29,443 bases of DNA, taken from the NCBI GenBank assembly GCA_024275415.1, contig JAJRZD010000013.1, positions 1 to 29,443 of the forward strand, read 5' to 3'. Position numbers and translations under genes: made by a program. Numbering within the stretch: the first letter of the stretch is position 1; each line of letters starts with the position of its first letter. Below the pieces are notes generated by a model. That model was not told the origin of the DNA and did no database searches. It was given only the letters and a program-made list of their open reading frames with translations. The stretch comes from an archaeon (GTDB lineage Archaea > Asgardarchaeota > Thorarchaeia > Thorarchaeales > Thorarchaeaceae). Shown in pieces: positions 18,076 through 27,023 of the stretch.

Positions 18076-18639
18076 TCAGAACTCGAACCCCTTACGAGCG
18101 GGGAGCTTCTTGGTTTCGAAATAATGTTTTACCTCGCGCATCTCGGTGACCAAGTCAGCAGCATTGATAATCTCATCACGAGCATAGCGCCCAGTCATAA
18201 TCAACTCAATATCATCGGGTCGCAGGGCCAGCAGTTCCATCTGCTGCTCCAAGGAGATAAGGTTCCATTCCACTGCGACGTTAATCTCATCGAGGATGAG
18301 GACATCACACCTGTGCTCCTGCAATGCCTCACGGGCAATCTTGAGCCCGTCCTGTGCCATCTGGATGTCGATCGGGTCAGGGTTCTCCTTGTCAACCCAC
18401 GACTGTCGGCCCACAGGGACTATCGTGAAGTTCGGAATAGGTTCTATACTCCTGAACTCGCCATAGTTGACATCCTCGCCGTTTCCGCGCCACGCCAGCT
18501 TCGCCTTCATGAATGAGATGACTAGCACCTCAAGCCCATGACCGGCGGCACGGAGACCTGCGCCAAGAGCACATGTGGTCTTCCCTTTCCCATTCCCTGT
18601 ATAGATTTGCACCTGACCATGAACGTTCGGCTTACTCAT
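18076..18639 (-). CDS. cobA: Cob(I)alamin/cob(I)yrinate adenosyltransferase (CobA/BtuR/CobO family)
   Basis: QIYTGNGKGKTT P-loop, LRAAGHG, LILDEIN, MTGRYA, ADLVTEM..VKH, RKGFEF. Confidence 0.95.
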   Translation of the reverse strand: MSKPNVHGQVQIYTGNGKGKTTCALGAGLRAAGHGLEVLVISFMKAKLAWRGNGEDVNYGEFRSIEPIPNFTIVPVGRQSWVDKENPDPIDIQMAQDGLKIAREALQEHRCDVLILDEINVAVEWNLISLEQQMELLALRPDDIELIMTGRYARDEIINAADLVTEMREVKHYFETKKLPARKGFEF

Positions 18640-18655
18640 GAACGAACCCTCGAAT

Positions 18656-19303
18656 CTAGCGCCCCATCTTGATCAAAAGCTCGGCTATTCGTTTTCCGAG
18701 GTTCTCGCTACCCCGTATTGCCAGCATATCGTCTTTTGCCGAGCGCCACTTGCCTTCATCGGTCTGGAGTGCCCCAGACCCAAAAGTCCCGTCTTTGACT
18801 GGGCTTCCCGATGCACCGACAACAATCATTCCCTGAGCGATAGCATACCGGTTCAGAAGATCAATGACATGTTCCTGTCCACCATAGCGTAATCCGGCAT
18901 AAGTTATCGACCCGAACAGTTTGTCCTTCAACTGGTGCCCTTGCATTTTCATAACACGCGACCTATCGATAAAGTCCTTCAAGACCCCTGGCACTGATGT
19001 AAAGTACGATGGCGCCGCGATGAGAACCGCATCTGCCTTTTGTAGGTGCTCTTCCAGTGTGGGCATATCATCGTGTTCGCTTTCTGGACAGGGCTTCTTG
19101 CGGACACACGCATCACATCCAGTACAGTGACGGATTTGATAGTCACTGATGACGAGTAGTTTGGTTTCACCTGTTTCTGAGTGCTCAGAGAAAACCTCGG
19201 AGGCAGCCTCAAGAGCCTTCTCTAATAGGAATCTAGTATTTGAATTGGCCTTCTTGGGAGAACCGCAAATTCCAACAATCAACATCTGATAACCCTCTTT
19301 CAA
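18656..19303 (-). CDS. Iron-sulfur flavoprotein / NADPH-dependent FMN reductase family protein
   Basis: GICGSP..SNT, CTGCDACVRKKPC (CX2CX2CX5C), DDM, ADAVLIAAPSYF, LKDFIDR. Confidence 0.9.
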   Translation of the reverse strand: MKEGYQMLIVGICGSPKKANSNTRFLLEKALEAASEVFSEHSETGETKLLVISDYQIRHCTGCDACVRKKPCPESEHDDMPTLEEHLQKADAVLIAAPSYFTSVPGVLKDFIDRSRVMKMQGHQLKDKLFGSITYAGLRYGGQEHVIDLLNRYAIAQGMIVVGASGSPVKDGTFGSGALQTDEGKWRSAKDDMLAIRGSENLGKRIAELLIKMGR

Positions 19304-19359
19304 GCATCAGAGGAAACTTAGGAGGAGTACTTTTGTCTTTCGCAGGAACAGTTCTCTCA

Positions 19360-19986
19360 TCATTCTCCTACGGCATAGGAGTCGCTTATCTCCTGCATCT
19401 CTTTGGCCTTGTCATGCTGCCCGATGTCTTTGTACAGAGTAGACATAAGCGCATATACGTGACGGAGCAGTTCTTTGTTCGCACCACGCGCTAGAAAACC
19501 AGCTGCATCATCGGCGACATGAATTGCCTGTGTGTATAGGCTCTTGCCTCTAAGAATATGAACACGTGCAAGCAATGTCTGTCCGACAATGATTGACATC
19601 TCAGGATTGTCACTATCCATGCCCTCAGTGATGATATCAGCAAAATGAGATTCTGCTGCAGGCAGATTACCGCTGTTTAGCAGTTCGATGCCCAAGTTCA
19701 GCCTTGACTGGGCAATCTGGATGGCGTTTTCAGATGCAACTGCAGAATTCAAGGCTAGTTCACAAAGGTCATGTCTATCAGGATCATCTGAGAGAGGATA
19801 CATCATGAGGTAGCACTCAGAAAGGACCCGTTTCTGTTCCTTTTCCTCTGTCGGATCCAGACTGTTCAGAGAGAGCAAGAGTTCCTCAGCCCTCCTATAC
19901 GTTTTGAGAGCCTTGCTGGTGGGCAGTGCCGCAGCATGTACAATCATGTCTTCAGCAGTCCCAATGATGTCGAGAGGTTTTCGCAT
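19360..19986 (-). CDS. TPR-like helical repeat protein (start taken at ATG 19986; the longer track ORF overlaps the upstream gene)
   Basis: Repeated helix pairs such as SRLNLGIELLNSGNLPAAESHF and YALMSTLYKDIGQHDKAKE. Confidence 0.65.
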   Translation of the reverse strand: MRKPLDIIGTAEDMIVHAAALPTSKALKTYRRAEELLLSLNSLDPTEEKEQKRVLSECYLMMYPLSDDPDRHDLCELALNSAVASENAIQIAQSRLNLGIELLNSGNLPAAESHFADIITEGMDSDNPEMSIIVGQTLLARVHILRGKSLYTQAIHVADDAAGFLARGANKELLRHVYALMSTLYKDIGQHDKAKEMQEISDSYAVGE

Positions 19987-20029
19987 TACTATCAGATCCC
20001 ATAGGGTGTCAGTAGTAAAAAACCTGTGC

Positions 20030-20767
20030 TCAGCCAAGCACATCATCGAGAGCTTGAGCGATTTCACTGACAGCAGAGGCAGCAGCAATCCGGCTCTCGT
20101 CCTTGTGAGGAGCTCCAACGACAGTAAAAGAGTGAACCCGCAACACCTGTACAGTATAGCCTAGAATCTCGTATGTGTCCGGCACGATATCAGTAGAAGG
20201 TCCGACAGACTTGTGAAGCAACTCCTCGCGGATATGCTCAAGGTGATTCTCGGGGATGTTTCCTACGAGCATCTTTCCCGAAGCGTCGATGATTCCAGCA
20301 TACGCAAGTTCCGGATTCTCAAGAGCTGAATAGAGGATTCCTTCGATTGCGGGAAGCAGCTCTGCTTCTTGAGAGTCCAGCTCAGAACTGATATAGGCAT
20401 CTATCAGTGACTCGATTCCTTGGATGGAACCCATGCTACCATGCCAGTTACTGATGACACTCCCATAGTTTTGGACTATCTGCTTGCCAAGAGCGACCAT
20501 CTTTCGTGAGAGGGTGGTTATTTCTTCTTCCTTTGAAGTTAGTGCGATGATAGTGAACGACTTGAAAAATACATAGACCCATTGCCCCTCGTTCTGTTCG
20601 AGAATGTAAGGATGTCCGATCTCAGTGCTGTCCCTAGAGGTGAAGAGGGTCACACATGACCTCACATAAGATGGGAGTGACACATCAGAGAGTAGGCCAC
20701 TGCTAGTGTATTTGATACCATATAGTACCTCACCATTGCTTTTGATGATGAATACACCTGCGATCAC
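20030..20767 (-). CDS. Longin-like plus roadblock/LC7-like two-domain protein
   Basis: N-terminal MIAGVFIIKSNGEVLY longin-type beta-hairpin; second domain LAYAGIIDASGKMLVGNIP of roadblock type. Confidence 0.55.
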   Translation of the reverse strand: MIAGVFIIKSNGEVLYGIKYTSSGLLSDVSLPSYVRSCVTLFTSRDSTEIGHPYILEQNEGQWVYVFFKSFTIIALTSKEEEITTLSRKMVALGKQIVQNYGSVISNWHGSMGSIQGIESLIDAYISSELDSQEAELLPAIEGILYSALENPELAYAGIIDASGKMLVGNIPENHLEHIREELLHKSVGPSTDIVPDTYEILGYTVQVLRVHSFTVVGAPHKDESRIAAASAVSEIAQALDDVLG

Positions 20768-20906
20768 AAAGACGGCCCCGCTCTATGAACAAATGCCTCA
20801 ACAGACATAAGGATTCTGTGTAGGTATCAGGCACGGTATACTGCCCATCAGGCGCAAGTCCATGTATTTTTATGTAGTCGATGGAATCTCGATTGCGGTT
20901 GCTCTC

Positions 20907-21224
20907 ATGTCATCGAAAAAGAAAAAGAAGAAATCCGAACGAATAAAACGGACACGTTACGACATCTTCGCGGAACTCATCCGAGTCATCATGGTGTACG
21001 GCTACTGCCCTTTGACCAGAGCTGCAAGATCGACCAACATGCCTGTCGACCGAGCAAAAGAGAGCATCCTCGAACTGGTGGACAGAGGGTTACTCCAGAT
21101 AGATGACGATGAAGGCAGTATCGTGTATAGCGTGACTGTGAGAGGGCATCAATACCTTGAGCTGTACAAGCGTCTTGCAGGTCTAGTCGGTATGCCCATT
21201 CCAGAGCCCATCATCGGCATGTGA
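20907..21224 (+). CDS. Archaeal winged-helix transcriptional regulator with Lys-rich N-terminus
   Basis: KRTRYDIFAELI...LTRAAR.TNM...ELVDRGLL...YSVTVRG..YL; ATG 20907 preferred over the track start at 20862. Confidence 0.8.
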   Translation: MSSKKKKKKSERIKRTRYDIFAELIRVIMVYGYCPLTRAARSTNMPVDRAKESILELVDRGLLQIDDDEGSIVYSVTVRGHQYLELYKRLAGLVGMPIPEPIIGM

Positions 21225-21287
21225 TGAATGGAGGGATTGAGCATGGTCGTGATAGTAACAAATTGTGACCCTGAATTGTGCTTTCGC

Positions 21288-21295
21288 TTTATATA
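21288..21295 (+). promoter_or_regulatory. Candidate TATA box (TTTATATA) for the beta-helix gene
   Basis: About 50 nt upstream of ATG 21344, which has a GAGGTG RBS. Confidence 0.4.
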
Positions 21296-21343
21296 GACGA
21301 ATAGCACAGTCATAGCTTGAAGAGAATCAGAGGTGGCTGCAAA

Positions 21344-22606
21344 ATGGCTGAGAATAATGGACAAAACGGCTCGGAAAAGGTCAAACTCGTAAATGAGGAC
21401 GAGGTCGTTATGCCAATAGTATATGGCGATGTTGAGCTGAAGAACTGTAGACGTTGGGTACCAGAAGAAGGCGACGAGATTATTGTGACTGGTGACATAA
21501 AGATAAACGGTGGCATTGAGATTGTTGGGACTTTGCGGGCCAGATCCCTCCATGCCCGAACTAGAGACCTCATACTTGTCACTGGCGACCTGATATTAGA
21601 AAGGGGGGCTCGCGTTGAGAAAGGAACATTGGAAATCACAGGTTCTGCAAAGGGTCGCGATTTTCGAGCAGACAAAAGCCTGAAAGTTGGTGGCGACCTT
21701 GTTTGCACGGCAGGTTCGGGAGGCGGATCGCTTGTTGTTCGTGGGAACGTAAAGGCAGACCGACTTGTCGGTGGTGGTTCTATCAAGATTGGTGGGAGTG
21801 CGGAAGTCGGTGAGATGCGTGCAGGGGGGTCACTCAAGGCGATGGGCGAGGTCAAATGCGATGAGATCAAAGTGGGAGGCAGTGTCAAGGTCAATTGGGG
21901 CAAGATCGGTCTGGTGAATGTCGGGGGATCCTTCAAGGCACAGGGGGCTGTCGAAGTTGACGACATCGATGTAGGGGGCTCAGCAGTCGTTGGAGCAGGT
22001 TCAGTAGTTCATTCTGTCGATGTAGGAGGTAGTTTCAAATCCACCGGAGATGTACGCTTTGGCAAGATCGATGTTGGGGGAGCTGTCAAGATAGCGGGTC
22101 ACGCATCAGGGAACACGATCGATGTTGGAGGCTCAGTCCGGGTCGAAGGTGACCTCGATATGGAGGATGACCTTGATGTTGGAGGAAAGGTGACTGTGGA
22201 TGGTGACCTGAGATGCAAAAGAAAGATCAAGGTCGGAGGCACTCTGATCGTCGAAGGAAGGATTGACACGTACCGTATTATCGTGGGTGGGCGTATTGAG
22301 GCAAAGTATATCAAGGCGGATGGGTTCAGGCTTGGGCGACGTGCTGAGGTCACAGGACCAGTCGAGTCGAACGAAATCCTTGTCCGTGAAAGGGCACGCA
22401 CGCATTCTCTTTACGGCGATGAGATACGGGTAGAAGAGAGGTCTCGGGTGAAAAACGTCTGCGGACGCGATATATACATAGAAAGGGACTCAGTTGTATC
22501 GGGCAATATCATCTATACAGAGAACCTCGAGATGGAAGAGAATGTCACTGTCCGTGGGGAAGTAAAGAAAGTAGACAAGTTACCGCTACCGGACGAGGTA
22601 CTCTAA
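21344..22606 (+). CDS. Bactofilin-like (polymer-forming cytoskeletal) beta-helix protein
   Basis: About 12 repeats of [IV]xVGGS[VF]xVxG spaced 16-18 aa apart, flanked by further beta-rich turns. Confidence 0.7.
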   Translation: MAENNGQNGSEKVKLVNEDEVVMPIVYGDVELKNCRRWVPEEGDEIIVTGDIKINGGIEIVGTLRARSLHARTRDLILVTGDLILERGARVEKGTLEITGSAKGRDFRADKSLKVGGDLVCTAGSGGGSLVVRGNVKADRLVGGGSIKIGGSAEVGEMRAGGSLKAMGEVKCDEIKVGGSVKVNWGKIGLVNVGGSFKAQGAVEVDDIDVGGSAVVGAGSVVHSVDVGGSFKSTGDVRFGKIDVGGAVKIAGHASGNTIDVGGSVRVEGDLDMEDDLDVGGKVTVDGDLRCKRKIKVGGTLIVEGRIDTYRIIVGGRIEAKYIKADGFRLGRRAEVTGPVESNEILVRERARTHSLYGDEIRVEERSRVKNVCGRDIYIERDSVVSGNIIYTENLEMEENVTVRGEVKKVDKLPLPDEVL

Positions 22607-22627
22607 GCACTGGGAAACACCATAATC

Positions 22628-23404
22628 CTACTCTTTCGACACAACAAGTATTCGCCGTCCAGATTCATGGGAATATGGGGTCTTGTTGAAATCTCCAAAC
22701 TCCTTGACGAGCCGGAGCCCTGAGAGTCTGAGTAGAAGATTTGCCTCTCGGTAGTACACAAGAGCAGCACCCGAGAACTGCCGAATCACCTCAAGTACGT
22801 TTCCAGTCTTCTTTGACAGGACGGTATAGGTCAAATCGAATGTCAGGATCTGGCTTACAGGATCAGCGGTAAGATGTCCTGAGCGTATCACGGTGTGCTC
22901 GTCGTCGATATCCACAGGATTCTCCTCGAATGACGCATGTTCTGGCTGTATTCCTCCCGGAAAGAGGTCGAAGATGAAAATGCCATCATCAGTCAGATGA
23001 TTCCGGACACAAGCAAGCAACGATAGCTGCTCCTCTGTCGTCAGGGCATGACCGAATGAAGTGGGAACGATGACTAGGGGAAATTGAGTATCAAGGGAGA
23101 AATCTGTCATATTTCCCTTAATCACACGTATCAGGTTTGCCACCTTGTCATCAAGAAATTCTATCTTGCGCCGGAACTCCTTGATCATTTCCTCAGACGA
23201 CTCGAGTGCCACGACCTCGAACCCTTCCTTTGCCAGAGCGATAGAAACACGGCCCGTCCCAGCGGCTAGGTCTAGGATTGGAATCCCTTGGCTGCGGGCA
23301 TAGGAGCAATAGAACGGGATGTCACTATCATCGGTGAAGAGGTCGTAGTACCTTGCTGCCTTCTCGTAGCCGTAACGGTATTTATCTAGTGGCTCCTCCG
23401 CCAT
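22628..23404 (-). CDS. Class I SAM-dependent methyltransferase
   Basis: ILDLAAGTGR motif I, VVALESS, GNMTDF; the ATG overlaps the fwdA stop (TGATG). Confidence 0.92.
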   Translation of the reverse strand: MAEEPLDKYRYGYEKAARYYDLFTDDSDIPFYCSYARSQGIPILDLAAGTGRVSIALAKEGFEVVALESSEEMIKEFRRKIEFLDDKVANLIRVIKGNMTDFSLDTQFPLVIVPTSFGHALTTEEQLSLLACVRNHLTDDGIFIFDLFPGGIQPEHASFEENPVDIDDEHTVIRSGHLTADPVSQILTFDLTYTVLSKKTGNVLEVIRQFSGAALVYYREANLLLRLSGLRLVKEFGDFNKTPYSHESGRRILVVSKE

Positions 23405-25149
23405 CAGGCGGTAACACTCCTAGCATCTAATGGGATGCGTTCTTCAAGGTGTGCCCTGTATCGTTCAGGTGCAGGATAGTTCTTGAACGAATGCGCATAC
23501 CAGCGTGTAATCATTCCCTCGACCTCAGACGCAACACGGGCTGCAAGGTCATCATTCAGTTGTGGGTCAAGTGTCATGACCTTGCCATGAGGTGTCTTCT
23601 GCACCACTCCTTTCTTGGCGACGACCTCTCCGCTGAGAATCGTAAGAGCGGACTCTGAAAAGCCCTGTACTATCAGGTCGGGATTCTCGGCAAGGTTTGT
23701 CTTGAGAGGGTTGAAGCTGTACACAGAAACGTCAGCATCCGCACCAATGCCCAGATGTCCCTTTCTTGAGTCGATGCCAAGGATCTTGGCGGGTGCCGCT
23801 CGCGTGCTGATGGTCGCCTCATACATGGTCCACTCACGCTCAATACCTTCCAGTGTGGATCGTTCTCGTGCGAACTTGTGCATCTTGTCGAGCCAGATGG
23901 CACGTTGCTTCTTGCTCATCAACCACGAGAGGACAAGAGGGTACTTGGTGAAAGGCCCAGCATTGGGATGGTCGGTAGTCATAACAACGCGCCATATGTC
24001 GTCAACGCTCAATGCGAACTCCAGCGGGATCGTCCACTGGATAGAGTTCGCAGGGGACTTCATCTCGAAGTTATAGGGGACGATCCCTGCACCACCAGGG
24101 AGTTCCACATCGACAGGGATGTTACCCCATTTGGTCTTGGTCATCTGGTGCAGCGTGAACTGGAACGGCCCATCACCTGTCATGGTCATGGCGGGACCGA
24201 AGGTTATCTGTCCGAGGTCGGCTGTGAAATGCTTGTTCTTGTTCATGTATTTGGCAAACGCAAGGCCGCCCGAGCTGACATCTTTCCATTCAGGCTTTCC
24301 TTCTTCGACCATGTCCAAGGTCTCGAAGGACATGTGTGTGAGATGAATGGTCTGTTTACGACCTTTGAAACCCTTGATGTCCTTCACCGCGTCGAGTTCT
24401 TCAATAGTAGTATGTATGTTGCCGACTCGTCCAAGATTATTGGGGTGAAGGTGGACGACATGTGGGAGACCCAAGGATTCTGTAGCCATGACAAGGGATC
24501 GAATGACTTCCCTCGGAGTAATGCCCCACTGGGGTATCTCGGTATCGGGCTCTCGGATGTTCTTTCCGTATGCCCAAGCGTATGTGCCACCCGGATTGAC
24601 GACCTTGACACCCCAACCTCCGGTGGCTTTCAGTATCCAAGAGATGAACCCAGCCAGTCCGGAAAGGTCGCCTTCCTTGACATAATGATAAGTGACCATG
24701 TTGTTGCCGAACATCGGGAGGAGTGCCTTGTTCAAATTCGGGATGTCTTCGAGCTCTTCCCATGTACCGAGCGCCTTCATAGGTGGGAGGGCAGGCTCAA
24801 TTACGGTTGTGTACCCCATTGAGGAATAGCGGTACCCGAGGGTGTAAGAGGAGAACATGATACCAGTAACGCCAGAACGGGTCTTTTTGGTTCGCATCAT
24901 AGGTTTCTCGAGCCGGTGCGCCTCGGGACACATCGCTCTTCCAAAGTTCAGCTTCGACCCAACAATGTGCGAGTGCATATCAACCCCACCGGGGAGCACA
25001 GTCTTGCCCTTGACATCGATGACCTTCGCCTTCTCGCCGACCTTCTCTACGATTTTGCCGTCGGATATACAGATGTCTTTGACTTCTCCATCAATGCCAT
25101 TCTTCGGATCGTAAACTATGCCGTTCTTCAATATGATGTCCTTGCTCAT
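23404..25149 (-). CDS. fwdA: Formylmethanofuran dehydrogenase subunit A (amidohydrolase)
   Basis: VDMHSHI, GVKVVNPGG, HLHPNNLG, HLTH, DLGQITFG, TTDHPNAGPF, GADADVSVY. Confidence 0.95.
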   Translation of the reverse strand: MSKDIILKNGIVYDPKNGIDGEVKDICISDGKIVEKVGEKAKVIDVKGKTVLPGGVDMHSHIVGSKLNFGRAMCPEAHRLEKPMMRTKKTRSGVTGIMFSSYTLGYRYSSMGYTTVIEPALPPMKALGTWEELEDIPNLNKALLPMFGNNMVTYHYVKEGDLSGLAGFISWILKATGGWGVKVVNPGGTYAWAYGKNIREPDTEIPQWGITPREVIRSLVMATESLGLPHVVHLHPNNLGRVGNIHTTIEELDAVKDIKGFKGRKQTIHLTHMSFETLDMVEEGKPEWKDVSSGGLAFAKYMNKNKHFTADLGQITFGPAMTMTGDGPFQFTLHQMTKTKWGNIPVDVELPGGAGIVPYNFEMKSPANSIQWTIPLEFALSVDDIWRVVMTTDHPNAGPFTKYPLVLSWLMSKKQRAIWLDKMHKFARERSTLEGIEREWTMYEATISTRAAPAKILGIDSRKGHLGIGADADVSVYSFNPLKTNLAENPDLIVQGFSESALTILSGEVVAKKGVVQKTPHGKVMTLDPQLNDDLAARVASEVEGMITRWYAHSFKNYPAPERYRAHLEERIPLDARSVTA

Positions 25150-26456
25150 TTCTTAACCTCCTTCTCTAATTTCTTGTATATCATCCCGAGTACATCGCGG
25201 TCGGGTAGTACACCTTCGGGCGGGTCGATAATCTTGTGTAGGTACAGTGGTAGCCCATCCATTCGAACTGCGGCGCCATCACACTCAATTCCTGCAACAG
25301 CAACAGGGATGTTCACTGTCGCAAGTCGCGATGTCATGTTCTCTTTAGGGTCGATGTTGATAATGGGTATCTGCGATAATGTCTTCAGACATGCTTTCGG
25401 AAAGTGTGCAGCAGGATCAGCTGCGATATTCAGCATCGCATCGACCTCACCTCTGGCAAGCAAATCGACTGCTGTGTACTCGCCGGGTTGATACCGAGGA
25501 TACCCTCTTGCAAAATCCACTGCGTATGGATAGCCAGTTTGCCATGTGCTTGTCTTGTTAGCACCGCTCACATTGTAGTGCCCTCGCATGGGCATCATAT
25601 TCCATTTCGTGTACGAGTTTAAGTCTTGGATCAAGCGGACAGCCGCATCGATGTTCCGAAACCGTCCCTTAGATTGAGTCAAGCCCAACCCAAAGAAGAG
25701 GATACCATACTTGGCGTTCTTCATCGCATCAACTGCTTCTTGCAGCTCAGATACGGGGATTCCTCCCACCTCATCCACTGCCAACCGATGCCCGCGCAGA
25801 AGTGCACGTAGCGAAGATATCACTTCGAGGTCTGTCCCGGGCTGCAACTTGATGAACTTGTCCACCGTCCGTGCGGTTTCAGACTTGCGGATGTCCACAA
25901 GCCAAATCTTCCTGTCCTTCTTGGGATCCTTGATATACTCACCAGCTACACGAGTATATCGAGAGATATGTCGGGGATGTGCCGCAAGAGGGTTCGAGCC
26001 CCAATAGATGACCAAATCTGCACGGTTCCTGACTTCCGCAAGGGCTCCTGCTGCTTCACCTGATTCCTGCACACCTAGAATGGTCGGTCCGTGACAGACC
26101 GAGGATGTGTTATCGACAACGCCACCTGCCAGCTCAGCAATCTTGTATGCCTCTCGGTGTGCATCGTTCTCTGTGGAACTCAGACCGTATATCAGCAGTC
26201 GGCGTGCCGATGCGATGATCTCCACAGCCTTCGAAACTGCTTCATCAAGTGAAACACTCGATTGCTCACCGTCCTTCATTATGGACGGGTGTTCAAGCCT
26301 GTTCTCGTGATGTTTGAGGAACCTGCTTTTGCAGATGGCACACCCATTCTTTATCCCAACAATCTTGCCGTCGTTCACCTCAACCTCTATGTCATCACAA
26401 AGGCATCCGCAGAATGTGCAGGGCACATCGGTAAAGACCTTCTCAGCTTCAGTCAT
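25146..26456 (-). CDS. fwdB: Formylmethanofuran dehydrogenase subunit B (Mo/W-pterin)
   Basis: CTFCGCLCDD...C [4Fe-4S] motif, DNTSSVCHGP (Cys ligand, not Sec), NRADLVIYWGSNP..AHPRH, MRGHYNV.G, WQTGYPYAVDF. Confidence 0.96.
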   Translation of the reverse strand: MTEAEKVFTDVPCTFCGCLCDDIEVEVNDGKIVGIKNGCAICKSRFLKHHENRLEHPSIMKDGEQSSVSLDEAVSKAVEIIASARRLLIYGLSSTENDAHREAYKIAELAGGVVDNTSSVCHGPTILGVQESGEAAGALAEVRNRADLVIYWGSNPLAAHPRHISRYTRVAGEYIKDPKKDRKIWLVDIRKSETARTVDKFIKLQPGTDLEVISSLRALLRGHRLAVDEVGGIPVSELQEAVDAMKNAKYGILFFGLGLTQSKGRFRNIDAAVRLIQDLNSYTKWNMMPMRGHYNVSGANKTSTWQTGYPYAVDFARGYPRYQPGEYTAVDLLARGEVDAMLNIAADPAAHFPKACLKTLSQIPIINIDPKENMTSRLATVNIPVAVAGIECDGAAVRMDGLPLYLHKIIDPPEGVLPDRDVLGMIYKKLEKEVKK

Positions 26457-26849
26457 CTAGGGATTTCCTCCTACAAACTTTTCAATATCAGAAATGGTCG
26501 AGGCATCTGCTTTGAATACCTGTGCCTCGATGCTCTTGAACGAAGGCATCCCAGTTTCTTGCGTATCATCGCTTGTGACAGTATTTGCGTAAGGCCCACA
26601 CGGCATGAAAGCGATGCCCGGCTCTTCGCCACGGCTCTTCTTCGCCGTCACAACCACGGATCCGTAGATGGTTTCGACCTCTACAAGGCTCCCAGGCTCG
26701 ATTCCCAATGCATCGAGTGTCGCTCCGTCAAGCTCAACATATGAAACAGCATCACGATAGGCATCAGTGAGTTTTCCTTCCTCAAGGGTTCGACCTTGTA
26801 GAAGGGTTCTTCCAGAAGTTAGAGTGACTTTCACCCCTACACGGCTCAT
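26457..26849 (-). CDS. fwdD: Formylmethanofuran dehydrogenase subunit D (molybdopterin dinucleotide-binding)
   Basis: TSGRTLLQG, AFMPCGPYAN, TGMPSFK; immediately upstream of fwdB. Confidence 0.92.
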   Translation of the reverse strand: MSRVGVKVTLTSGRTLLQGRTLEEGKLTDAYRDAVSYVELDGATLDALGIEPGSLVEVETIYGSVVVTAKKSRGEEPGIAFMPCGPYANTVTSDDTQETGMPSFKSIEAQVFKADASTISDIEKFVGGNP

Positions 26850-27023
26850 GGATAAGCACCGACTTCGGATAGAAACTCTACAAGATATGGGTTACGGTTC
26901 TCAAGACACATCTGGTTGTGATCAGAATCCGTTGGATTCAAAATGCTACTTCGAAGAGTTTATCAGACAGAAATTTTGGTGGCGCTCAGAATGTCCCATT
27001 TTTGACTAGGCGGGATTAGCATT

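Noticed and set aside
21344-22606. Gly-rich beta-helix gene as the missing fwdC
   Set aside because: It is on the opposite strand and is longer, and its VGGS repeats lack the FwdC G..MxGGxI.V.GNAG pattern.
25146-26456. Selenocysteine in FwdB
   Set aside because: The metal ligand is Cys (SVCHGP) and there is no in-frame TGA.
26454-26459. fwdD TAG is immediately followed in frame by the fwdB ATG, suggesting a readthrough FwdD-B fusion
   Set aside because: Both proteins have normal lengths and termini, and the same zero-gap stop-ATG junction (TAA-ATG) occurs at E1 alpha/beta (27996-28001). This is ordinary operon compaction.
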